A stretch of DNA of 64,000 bases from contig OZ024754.1 of NCBI GenBank assembly GCA_964016885.1, positions 26,412,001 through 26,476,000 on the forward strand, given 5' to 3'. The position numbers and the translations under genes are program-made. Shown here in pieces: positions 26,848-37,866 of this stretch. Every line of letters starts with the position of its first letter. Within the stretch, counting starts at the first letter, position 1. The stretch is from Eledone cirrhosa (taxonomy: Eukaryota). The notes below the pieces were generated by a model that worked only from the letters and a program-made list of their open reading frames with translations, was not told the origin of the DNA and made no database searches.

Positions 26848-29800
26848 TTTCTCTTTCTCTTAATTTCGAGTATATTTTTTTGACCGGCCACCTTCCTGGT
26901 GGCAAGGTTGTAAAAGAAAAGAAATTGTCATCCCTTGAATCGCAAGAATGTTTTGCATATTTTGAAGGTGCCAGCTATCGCAGCCATTTGTAGACTATGA
27001 ATTAGGGAGCTGCGCTTTTTGTCCGCAAATCCAAGTTCGGTCATACTTTGGTCCAAGCGGGTTGGTATATAACCCGTAGCACCAATAATGATGGGTATGA
27101 AGCTAAAGGTGTATCTTGGATACTGGATTTGTAAGCTCCTCATCAATGGTCCGTAGATGTCCTCCTTCTCCTGTATTTTTCTGACAACGTTTACATCAAG
27201 TGGGCAGCTGATCTCCACAACAGAACACGTTTTCAATGTGTGGTCCCAAACTACAATATCAGGCCGGTTGTGCTTTAATTTGGTGGCAGTTTTTATTTTC
27301 AGGTTCCACCAGTATTCCTTAGTGCCATCTGTCTCATTATATTCTTCCTCGTTTGTTGTTAATTTTGTTTTCCGAAGTGCGTTCCAGATAGTTCTAGCTA
27401 TCCCATCGTGTCTCATGGGGAGGTAGTAGCGAGATGACATTCTTTCGCAGCTGGCAACAATGTGGCTTACATCCTCGATCTTTGTTTTACATAGCCTACA
27501 TTTATTGTCAGCTGCTGGCCCTCCTCTTTTGTGCAGCAGATATTTGGTAGGGAGTTCTTGTTCCTGTATTGCATAGAGATATCCCTCAAGGTGTGATGTC
27601 ATAAACTTGTCGGAACTCCATGCCAGGCTTTTTGAGTGGTTTATCCCCTCTATGGTCTGTGTTTTACGCCTCAAGTATCCATGCACAACTTTCTCTGTAA
27701 ATTGGTCAATTTTTTTTTCTTGTTTGAACATTGAATAGGATCTTCCGATTTCTCTGGGTGAGAGATTTATATCAGGCTTTATTCCATATCTCTCCTCCAG
27801 ATCAGTCGCTATTCTAATGATATTTCTTTTTTCATGCTCATAAACCTGAGCAAGATGGTCGCCAACCTTTTTCCTCTGTTGAAGGTGTTGCTTCAGTGTT
27901 ACTATCCGGGTCTCATATGTTGTTAATATTGATTTTAGACCCCGGCCACCTTCCTTGCGTGAGAAGTATAGCCTATCCACATCACCATTGATGTTAAAGT
28001 TCCCAGCAACACTGAGAAGTTTACGAGTTCTAACATCCATCTCACTTAGTTCTTGCAATGACCAGTTCAGTAGGCCAAATGTTGGCGTTATAATTGGCAC
28101 AGCATAGGTATTGTGGGCAATGTATTTGTTGTATGCTGACAGTTCTGATGACCATATTTTTTTTACTCTTCTGAGGTATTCAGTTCTGGTTCTCTCCTTA
28201 TTTATGGGTCCATCATATCTGACATTCTCATCCTGTCCAAGATATCTGTAGTTGTCACCTGACTGCAGAGGTTGTATTGTCAGGCCGTTCATATCTAGAT
28301 TTCTAGAGGAGGGCACAGCTCTTCCACGTTTTACTGCCAAATATGCACACTTGGACTCACCAAATTTCATTTTGATGTCGGTTGAAAATTGTGTAATGAG
28401 GTCCAATTGTTTCTTGATGTCATTGATATTTGGCCCATACAACTTCAGGTCATCAACAAAGAAAAGATGGGAGATACTTCTGGGCCCACTTCTTTGTCCA
28501 CCTTGTTTCCTGAGTAGGTAAGATAGTGGATTCAGTGAGAGAACGAAGAGTAGTACTGACAAGCTATCACCCTGAAAGATGCCCTTCTGGTAATGTATCC
28601 TATCAGTCTTAACCTGCTCCTTCTCACCTCTAAGGATCAAATTGGTGTACCAGTTCTTGGTCAGGCGTTCAACAGCAGCTACTAATGGTTGTGGGACTTT
28701 AGCTAACTGTAAAGCCTTAATAATCCACCCATGAGGTACACTATCAAATGCTTTTTGATAGTCCAGCCACACGACAGTCATGTTTCTGCGATTCTTTGTT
28801 GTTTTTTCCTGAATCATTTTGTTAGTTAGTAGGTGATCTATGCAACCCCACACCTCCCTCTTTCCACCAGCTTGCTCAGGTGTTATGATGTTGTTGGTAG
28901 CACAGTGATCCTGTAAGAACAGGTTAAGGCACCCAGTATATAATTTATACATGATGTTTTGGCAGGCAATTGGGCGGTAATTTTTAGCAAGGGTGGTTTG
29001 GCTATTTTTGGGAATGAGGAGAGTAGTGGCAGTTGATAACCATCTGGGCAGTTCTTGTGTGCCCTTAATGGTTTCTGTAAACAGCCGTATGAGATCTTGC
29101 CGATAGAAAGTGAAATTCTTCAACCAGTATCCTGTAATGAGGTCTGGGCCTGGCGATTTCCTATTCGACATTTTCTGTAGAGCTGTTTCCAGTATTGACC
29201 CATCTATGTCATATTGTTTTGTCTGGACATGTTGGCAGTAGTCCTGTTCCAGTTGTTTTAGCCAATTAGCTTGTCTGTTGAATCCGTCATCCGTTTCCCA
29301 TACAGATCTCCAGTAGTTCTCAACCTGTTCTTTTGAAGGGGTGTCGTTTACAGGGATTGAGCTTTTGCCACCGAAGCTGCGATAAACTGATTTAGGATCT
29401 CTGGCAAACAATCTATTTAGCACTTGTCGTTTATGGGCTGTTGACTTATATTTTAGTCTTTCTGTTGTAGCTGTGAGTTGTTGTTTCAACTGGTGTAATT
29501 TGGAGTTCAAAGTTTTAAATTTGGTATCTCCAAATCGTCTCTCTAACTTTTTCTTTAGGTCTTCCTGGTGTCGTGTGAAGTTTCTCTCTATGTTGCATTT
29601 CATAACGACTGCGATGTGTGAGATACTTCGTCTCAGGGACAAAATTTTGGTTTTTAAATTTCGCATCCACGCTGGTTCAGGCTTTCTGTTTGTATCTTGA
29701 TTGCGTGGTTTTAGATGTGTGTTATATGATAGCAATGTGACAGCTGAAACATATAACAAAACATTGAGCGTTTCAAATGTCGTTTCTACACCTTTAGATC

Positions 29801-31057
29801 GTATAGCCTTCAGATAATTGCCAGCTATTTCGTTCACCGCTTCCAATTCCAATTTAGTGGGTTCTTTACTGACTCTAGTGTTGTATGGTCTGTCACTCAC
29901 ATTAAGGCTGTGTATCTCTTGAAACATATCGTTCCATATCACTTGTAGGGTGCCCACAAGTTTTTGGTGCTCTGTTTGTTCAGTAGAGTCATGAATTGCA
30001 GCCTCGTTGTTGATGTGGTGACAATTACTACTAGAGTCAGCTGACCTTTCTCGCTGTTCTTCAGTGGAAGTGGGATGGATTTCAGCAAAATTGTTGGTGA
30101 GCTGTTCACTGTTAGATTTAGCCGGCCATTCTCTTTGTCTGTCAATGGAGGTGGGGTGGTTGTCTACAAGGGCTGTATTTGTAGTATCACTCGATTCCGT
30201 TAGATGTATCAATTTACATCTAATGATACGTTTTGCCTGTTCATTTAGATGCTTTGGAGAAAAGTCTAATTCTGGGTGTTTGGAGTTCCATAAAGTTTTT
30301 AGCCTTTGCATAAAACCGAACTTTTGGGGTTCAGATTGTTTGTATGCTTCATATAATTCTTTGTTAAGCTCGTAGCTCCACTGTATACAACGGTTGTAAT
30401 TGCGATTTGGTCGAAGGAGACTTGTACTTTTTGCCATGATGAGTTCGTCTATTCACTAATATTTTGTATTTATTTTTTTTAAATAGTCGATGATCTTCTT
30501 TAAAAGTTACGACAAAGTTCTGTCAGAATCAAATTTAAAGTTATTCACAGCTTGGGTAATATTTCTTTTCAGTTAGTTTTTAATTCTACAACTGTGTTTT
30601 AAACGTTGTTCTTGAATCGTTTGAATCGAGAACAAAAAGAACCGTTACTTAGTATATTCCTTTACGAATGTAATATAATATAACAATGCTGTATTTATAT
30701 GTTAAAGTTTATGTATCATTCATATAAATAGGTGTTCTACAACATATTCACAACATTCACAGTTCAAACACTTATATTTTTGTTTCTGAATCGAAAACGT
30801 TACTTTTATATTTCTTTATAAATGTAATATAACAACGTTGCATTTATATGTTAAAGTGTATGTATCGTTCATATATCATAATTGTATGTATCGTTCATAT
30901 AAATAGGTGTTTTACAACACACTTACAGTTCAAACACTTATGTAGAATTATTGTATGTAATCTTACCGCGTAATGTAGCTCAACTTTTTCCAATATATGG
31001 TATGTTGCCTTCATGTAAGCCGTAATTACACACGTCCAATTATCGGACACTGACCAC
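26848..31057 (-). mobile_element. R4/Dong-clade RLE retrotransposon, near full length, intact ORF
   Basis: Single ORF, 620-nt 5' UTR, 80-nt 3' UTR with GCCACC-AGGAA-GGTGGC hairpin; 3' end abuts (ACAT)12. Confidence 0.93.
26928..30437 (-). CDS. RT / restriction-like endonuclease polyprotein (1169 aa)
   Basis: N-terminal Myb-like segment; RT motifs KSPGPD, NYRPIAC, LDYQKAFDSV, GIFQGDSLS, FVDD, YRYLG; CCHC (CRLC..H..C), RHD, PD..E..K. Confidence 0.95.
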   Translation of the reverse strand: MAKSTSLLRPNRNYNRCIQWSYELNKELYEAYKQSEPQKFGFMQRLKTLWNSKHPELDFSPKHLNEQAKRIIRCKLIHLTESSDTTNTALVDNHPTSIDRQREWPAKSNSEQLTNNFAEIHPTSTEEQRERSADSSSNCHHINNEAAIHDSTEQTEHQKLVGTLQVIWNDMFQEIHSLNVSDRPYNTRVSKEPTKLELEAVNEIAGNYLKAIRSKGVETTFETLNVLLYVSAVTLLSYNTHLKPRNQDTNRKPEPAWMRNLKTKILSLRRSISHIAVVMKCNIERNFTRHQEDLKKKLERRFGDTKFKTLNSKLHQLKQQLTATTERLKYKSTAHKRQVLNRLFARDPKSVYRSFGGKSSIPVNDTPSKEQVENYWRSVWETDDGFNRQANWLKQLEQDYCQHVQTKQYDIDGSILETALQKMSNRKSPGPDLITGYWLKNFTFYRQDLIRLFTETIKGTQELPRWLSTATTLLIPKNSQTTLAKNYRPIACQNIMYKLYTGCLNLFLQDHCATNNIITPEQAGGKREVWGCIDHLLTNKMIQEKTTKNRRNMTVVWLDYQKAFDSVPHGWIIKALQLAKVPQPLVAAVERLTKNWYTNLILRGEKEQVKTDRIHYQKGIFQGDSLSVLLFVLSLNPLSYLLRKQGGQRSGPRSISHLFFVDDLKLYGPNINDIKKQLDLITQFSTDIKMKFGESKCAYLAVKRGRAVPSSRNLDMNGLTIQPLQSGDNYRYLGQDENVRYDGPINKERTRTEYLRRVKKIWSSELSAYNKYIAHNTYAVPIITPTFGLLNWSLQELSEMDVRTRKLLSVAGNFNINGDVDRLYFSRKEGGRGLKSILTTYETRIVTLKQHLQQRKKVGDHLAQVYEHEKRNIIRIATDLEERYGIKPDINLSPREIGRSYSMFKQEKKIDQFTEKVVHGYLRRKTQTIEGINHSKSLAWSSDKFMTSHLEGYLYAIQEQELPTKYLLHKRGGPAADNKCRLCKTKIEDVSHIVASCERMSSRYYLPMRHDGIARTIWNALRKTKLTTNEEEYNETDGTKEYWWNLKIKTATKLKHNRPDIVVWDHTLKTCSVVEISCPLDVNVVRKIQEKEDIYGPLMRSLQIQYPRYTFSFIPIIIGATGYIPTRLDQSMTELGFADKKRSSLIHSLQMAAIAGTFKICKTFLRFKG

Positions 31058-31289
31058 CAGCGCTTCGGTAGGGGTTCTCCTACATGGATATAAAGTAGTG
31101 GCCGTACTCGAAAACGAGTTGGCAGCCACCATGTATGTATGTATGTATGTATGTATGTATGTATGTATGTATGTATGTATGTATGTATGTATGTATGTCT
31201 CTCTTGTTCTCTCTCTTTCTTCCCAAGCGTGAAACTAATAAGACTTTGCGCTTTTGCATCTCTGTGTTTGTCTTGTTTAATCTTGAACA

Positions 31290-31414
<125 letters not shown>

Positions 31415-31586
31415 AATATATGTATGTATGTAAATATATATGTATATATATATGTATATATACATAAGAATTTGAGCATATATATATGTATATATATGTA
31501 TGTATATATATATATGTATATATCTATCTATCTCTATATATATATTTGTAAGAAGAAATTAAAAGATGGTTAAAAGAGTTCCATAT

Positions 31587-31654
31587 ATTTTATTATGCGC
31601 ATTTCAAATACAAAATCATCCTGGGACAAAATTTGTGTTCTCATCAGATAAAAT
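31587..31654 (-). ncRNA. Type I hammerhead ribozyme (second copy 40231-40298 has G8A)
   Basis: ATTTTAT-CTGATGA-GAACACAAA..TTTGTATTT-GAAA-TGCGCA-TA-ATAAAAT; in a repeat at 31549-31904 and 40191-40353 next to TA-rich tracts. Confidence 0.8.
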
Positions 31655-31675
31655 AAGGTAACATGATATGAGGCA

Positions 31676-31868
31676 TAATTGTTTCTACTTTTGGCACAAG
31701 GCCAGCAATTACCCAGTGCATTACTGGTACTTTATTTTATCGACCCCGTAAGGATGAAAGGCAAAGTTAACCACGGCGGGATTTTAACTCAGAATGGCAA
31801 GGGCCGTAACTCTATACGTCAAAGCATGGGGTCCGACTCTCTACTGATACTGCCAATCCACCACCCTT
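31676..31868 (-). mobile_element. Full-length tRNA-derived SINE with 10-bp TSD
   Basis: TSD ATATGAGGCA at 31666-31675 and 31869-31878; A/B-box-like head on the minus strand. Confidence 0.85.
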
Positions 31869-32008
31869 ATATGAGGCACTTGTTTACAGGAAAGTGCTAA
31901 GTCTACATATGACAGAAATATAAGTGTTAGGAAAATAGAAGAAAGGAAAGAAGAGGAGAAAAAGGAAAACGAAAGAGATGGAAAGAAAGGAAAAAAGGAG
32001 AAAAAGGA

Positions 32009-32041
<33 letters not shown>

Positions 32042-32136
32042 CTTTTGATCAGGAACGCTGTCAAAATGAAAAACAGCTGTAAATAACGGTTAAAAAGTAA
32101 ATTGATGAGGTGTATGTGAGAATATTATATTAGGGA

Positions 32137-32239
32137 CCGAGGTTAACTTTGCCTTTCATCCTTACGGGGTCGATAAAATAAAATACCAGTAATACACTGG
32201 GATAATTGCTGGCCTTGTGCCAAAAGTAGAAACAATTAT
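32137..32239 (+). mobile_element. 5'-truncated SINE copy
   Basis: CCGAGGTTAACTTTGCCTTTCATCCTTACGGGGTCGATAAAA..GCCAAAAGTAGAAACAATTAT. Confidence 0.8.
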
Positions 32240-32329
32240 ATTAGGGGCCTAAATATAGAAACTGGGTATATTATTTTATATTGGGTTTAAATACTAAAAA
32301 TTGGATTAAGAAGTGTAAAAATGTATTAA

Positions 32330-32408
32330 TAAAATAAAATAAAATAAAATAAAATAAAATAAAATAAAATAAAATAAAATAAAATAAAATAAAATAAAAA
32401 TAAAAATA
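32330..32408. repeat. (AAAAT)n pentanucleotide microsatellite
   Basis: Directly visible. Confidence 0.95.
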
Positions 32409-32989
32409 GTCTATCTATGTCAAAATTAATAATTACTAGTAAAAATCTATATATGTGGGGTATACTATTTAATTTTTATTTTATATCAACAAGTAAATAA
32501 AGGAAATTGCTAGAAAGATTTATAAACGTAGAAAAATATATGACGTCATTTGTTTACAAAATCTACGAAGGTTTGAGCGAAAATCTAAGGCTATAAAAAA
32601 AGAGATCAAAGGCTTAAAATATGATGAGAAAACCAAATTAATATATTGTAGAATATAATGAAAGATGACCGTGACTCGTGGAATATGTTATAGGACATCA
32701 GCTATATACTTTGTGAAAGGTCTACTACTACCACCACCTTTAGTTTTAAGATAAGATAATTTTTGGCTGTCAAATTATACAGGTGATAATATTGTGAAAA
32801 AAGTGTGATGGTTCATGAGTCAAACTTATAACAACCTACACAATTCTTTCCCCACCTCTACCTACTGTTCATCTCACCTCCTTATCAATCTTGATTATAT
32901 TAGTAAAACTGGGAAGGACGCAGGATTGACAAAATCGTACAAACTTCTTTGCAGTATTTATTCTGGTTCTTTATGTACAGCGTTCAAAT

Positions 32990-33101
32990 CTCTTTGTGGT
33001 TAACTTTGTCTTTCATTCTCTCGAGGTCGATAAAATAAAGTACCAGTAAATTACTGGAGTCAATATAATTGACTTTCCGCTCCGAAGAAATTGCTGGCCT
33101 A
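32990..33101 (+). mobile_element. Diverged SINE copy
   Basis: GGTTAACTTTGTCTTTCATTCTCTCGAGGTCGATAAAATAAAGTACCAGTAA. Confidence 0.7.
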
Positions 33102-34730
33102 ATACACTGTAGCGTAATGCTATCATCACGTAACCACCAACACGACTTTCTCAAACAGGTTGTTATGTAAGATTTCTAATGCAATGCAGGCTATCAATAA
33201 GAGGAAGGACTTCCATAGAAGAAACATCGAATTTGTTCGTCCCTTTGAGGTATCGCTGCATTAAAGCTTTAGAGCACGGCCGCTAACGCATAAGCATTTG
33301 CGTTGGTTCCATGCAAGATTTTCGCTGCAAAATTAAGTTTACTTTCGTACTTTTTGAAATGCCTACACCATTAAAATCAGTGTCTTACTATTGATGAATA
33401 CTTCGTGTTGAAATTTATATCCTAGTTCTCATATTTATGGAGATATTTTCTATATGAAGCATACACAACATAGTATGGAGTTATCCAATGTTAACAAATG
33501 CTTTAAGAACAATAGTCTAACATTTATACACCATAATATCTGTATTTTCAGCAAGCCTTCTGATACACAAAATGTCAACATTTTTGCTGAGGTGTGTTTA
33601 TATAATTTCTGTTGTATCAATCACAAATAGAAATGATAGCAGATATTTTTTTTTCATATGCTCTAATGATTTCAATTCAATAACGAATTCAGTGCAATTT
33701 CTTCGAGTCACAGCTCTCATCTGTGGGGCATAGTTATTCAGTATTGTTAAATCAACTATTTAAACTATATTTTTCTGTTGGCAAAAATCATACCTGGTTT
33801 GCTGTATTCGTTGCTGTGTCTCTGCTTAAATTCTGTTATAATATTGCATCCATGAATCTCCATATCTTAAACAAATGCAAATTTATATGTAAACCCAGGT
33901 GATTCGTTTTTAAATACATTAGATAAAACAACAAAAAAACAAAAAACAAATGATGGTTATCGGCTTTGCTTTACCATCAAATAGTACTTGTTGAGATAGG
34001 TGTGCATATTTGAAAGAAAGATATGTTTAAAAATACTGCTCATATGATTAACAATGACAATCATAGGAGGCGAATTGACAGACTGTGTAGGACAATAAAA
34101 TAGGTACTGACCAATGGCGGTGGATTGTCGGAATTGTTAGAGTATCGGACGAGGAGTCTTTCAGTATTTGTTCAAGCCATGTTGTGGCTTATCAGGGTGG
34201 TAGATCTAATCCGTTGCGCTGTTTAACAGCACCAGAGTCTTGACTCTAGGGTTTGAGGACACCATCCTCACTCACTTCCACTATTCTCAGAGTCCTTGGT
34301 GCTGCCTTTCCTTCCCTGACTACACAGTAGAATAAAATGCAATAGGAATCATAGATATTCTTGTCAGTGCAACTCTCAGTGCTGATGGCCTTTCCTTGTT
34401 TGGGAAGTATTGCTGTATTTTCTGCTTCATGAAGGATATAACTTGTGAACCAAACAAGACAATGTTATAATATTTATGTTAGGTATTCACTGCATAAACG
34501 TATTAGCCATACATAGCATGGGGCGTTCGTTTTACGTTTCTCAATTGATTTGCCATTTACATGCCTAATTTAGTAACAAAAAAAAGAAACAAGTTATATA
34601 GTAGTTCTTGATCTTCCCCTCCTTTTTCTCTTTGTATTATAAGCCTAACATTAACATATATGAGGAAGCAGTATAGTAAATTGAACTAATTACAATGCAT
34701 GTCTGCTAATTATTTTATAGACCGATAGAA

Positions 34731-35125
34731 CAGCGTTTCTCAACCTTTTTACCTCCAAGGAACCCTTGAAATAGTTTCCATGTCTCGGGGAAGCCCGGGA
34801 TAAAAAATATTATATACCATTATTAATATCTAAATTGGATTGTCAGTATCGGTAGAGGGTCGGACGCCATGCTCTCACGCATAGAGTTACGGCCCTTGCC
34901 ATTCTGAGTTCAAATCCCGCCGAGGTTAACTTTGCCTTTCATCCTTAAGGGGTCGATAAAATAAAGTACCAGTAATGCACTGGGCAATTGCTGGCCTTGT
35001 GCCAAAAGTAGAAACAATTATTAATATCTAAATTCAATAACCTATTTATCACTGTTTCTCACGGAACCCCTAGTGCCCTCTTGTGGCACCCTAGGCTTTC
35101 GAGGAACCCCGGTTGAGAAACACTG
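34731..35125. mobile_element. hAT(Charlie)-like MITE interrupted by a SINE
   Basis: TIRs CAGCGTTTCTCAACC / GGTTGAGAAACACTG; no clear 8-bp TSD. Confidence 0.7.
34837..35016 (+). mobile_element. tRNA-derived SINE with 18-bp TSD
   Basis: B box GAGTTCAAATCC; TSD ATTATTAATATCTAAATT at 34819-34836 and 35017-35034. Confidence 0.88.
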
Positions 35126-36353
35126 CACCAAAAAACAAAACAAAAAAAGCATATGTTGGATCTGATATTATTTGAATTCAGAATGTAGTGTGCGTATATG
35201 TGTGTGGCTGAGGATATTAATACACTACAGCTTTCTTCTTTATTGTAAATATAAATGCAACATTAAAACGTTAAACGCAATATATTAGAAATAAATAGTT
35301 ATTAGAAATAAATAGTTGTTAGAAATGTGAACTAAAATAAGTAAGAGTTACGTCCCCACTTAAAAAACCCCCAAAAAACAAAAAAAAAACAACCCGCCAG
35401 AAGCAACCGAGTATGAAAGATTATGTGATTCTTAGAATGTTTCGTGATTTCGTGTAAATAACATTCTTCCACGATATCAGTATGTTTATGGTTGATTTAT
35501 GAAAGCGGGTAAAATGCAAGTTAGGAATATAAGAGTGAACACTAGAATAGAGTAACGCAAGAAGATCTCTACTCCTTATCACCATCACATTCCATTTTCT
35601 TTTTTTGAAAAAAGAGGAAAAAAATAGAAAAAGAGTTTAACCTCAAAATACCATGAAATATAAGATAAAAATATACAAAGTGTATATATTTATGTATTTT
35701 TACTTTATACAATTCTGGGGCTTCACTCTTGTATCTCTAACTTGCATTGTACAGGCTTTCCAAAAACAATCTTAATCAGATATTTCACAATATGTTATAT
35801 AATAAGTTATACTACTTTATAGCGCAGTACATTAATAGTTGTTCTTTGTTAAGAATATTCCAAGAAACAGTCTTGACTATTGGAAAGTATGACTCTGAAA
35901 GCACTCTGTAGGTTGCTAGAAATATTGTTATTGATCGTAGCTATATTTTCAGAAACAATGGTTATTTTCTCTTTTCATTTGAATCTCATGTTATTACGTT
36001 TCTTTGTATTAGCATGCTGTCGGTTGTTATTGTTAAAGTTTTCTATGTAGATGCTAAGCATTATCAAAAAGAAAGGTGTAATTTCATGGTTTGTTTTCTA
36101 TAGAATTCCAGTGATTTATCATCATCATCGTCATCATCATCATCATCATCATTATCATCATCCCCATCATCATCACTTGGCAGGCAAATGGAAATACTAG
36201 AAATAGCAGTGCGTTTGGTCTAAAATGAAGCAGCTCAACTAAAGTAAATGCATTAAAATATTGGTTAATACGTAAAATTATTAATCACATTGTCAATATA
36301 TATATATTGATGCGGCTATAGGAAATATATTCGCTATAAACTCGATTGCTCAT

Positions 36354-36386
<33 letters not shown>

Positions 36387-36488
36387 AGTATTGAAATTTC
36401 CGTTGGAAACAGAAAAGGTCATAGAAATGAAGAGTGCTCTATGTAAGTATCAGAGCAAAATTTAATGTATAAAAATCAATACAATATA

Positions 36489-36566
36489 ATTACCTCATTA
36501 CCAGAGGTTTCCCGAATGAGGCGAATACGAAATAAACGACTTCATTCGTTCGTCAGACGAGGCAAT
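36489..36566 (-). ncRNA. Type I hammerhead ribozyme with 10-bp stem I
   Basis: ATTGCCTCGT-CTGACGA-ACGAATGA..TCATTCGG-GAAA-CCTCTGG-TA-ATGAGGTAAT; about 100 nt from (TA)n. Confidence 0.78.
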
Positions 36567-36915
36567 ATAAAACATGGGCAAATACTTAGAAAAACACATC
36601 AAGAAAATCAAAAAAAGATATAGATTAATGAAATAGAAATTGAAATATATAAAAATCTATCAAGAAATATAGTTAGGTGTGTGTATATGTATGTATATAC
36701 GCTCACAGATGTGCATATATGTATATGTGCACATGTATATGTATAGTGAGAAAGTGTGCGTAATTCTAAAATTTAGGGCAAATGTATCTATATGTCTTTA
36801 TTATACAGACAGAAATGGTTACATCGTAAATATATGAATATGAAGGCGCGCGCATAAAACGCCTGCACACTCGTACACTTAGATGCGGAAAGAAAGGAGG
36901 TAAGGGAGTGTAATA

Positions 36916-37038
<123 letters not shown>

Positions 37039-37421
37039 TATACATACATATATATATATATATATGTATATATACGAAATTCTTTTCTCGCTCACTTTTC
37101 GCACGGTACGGATGGTCTTTCGTCTTCTCGTCAATGTTCGCAAGTTCTTATGTTTAAATGAATCACTGACTTGATTTTCTCATTTATCCTCTCTCTACGT
37201 TGCCTCACCATTTTTGTTTGTTCACCTCTTTCTTTCTCCACCCAATTCTTTTTATCCCAATAACTTATTTTAGTTATTGTTCTCGCTGGCCGGAGGTATC
37301 TGATCTTTAATGCGAAGGAATACCTATGATGGCTAGTCGATCACTGATGAAGGGTAGTCCCGGCTTCTCTTTCTAAATTTTACTTCATATGTATCACATT
37401 CGCAACAACACAGCACGCCAT

Positions 37422-37533
<112 letters not shown>

Positions 37534-37866
37534 AGAGTGTTTAAATTTGCTTGAAACATTGGAAAATGGTCGTTTTGGAAGCCTCTACAATGCAGATGCG
37601 TAAATCTCCGGGTAAGAAAATCAGGTGGCAGTAGGAAGAAAGAGAAATGGAGGAAGAAACGTAACAATGGTTACATAATAAATATAATGTGGTGAAATTC
37701 AAACATACTGGCTTCTAATTCGTAACTATACCGACACTGTTGTAGTGATAATATCATAACGGTGGAGCTATACCAAGTCGAGTAATCAATACTGCTTATT
37801 CAAGTGTTCTATTCTATATCTGGAAACTAATAACAGATTTATTAACACGGAATGACTGTATATATA

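Noticed and set aside
31058-31130. Structured 73-mer at the R4 5' junction as an HDV-like ribozyme or snRNA fragment
   Set aside because: Does not fit the nested double pseudoknot; it is homologous to the RTE 3' stem-loops and duplicated at 26727-26799
37344-37365. CTGATGA-AGGG-TAGT-CCC (and CTGAAGGA-CAGG..CCTG at 10524) as hammerheads
   Set aside because: No GAAA, stem III or NUH follows
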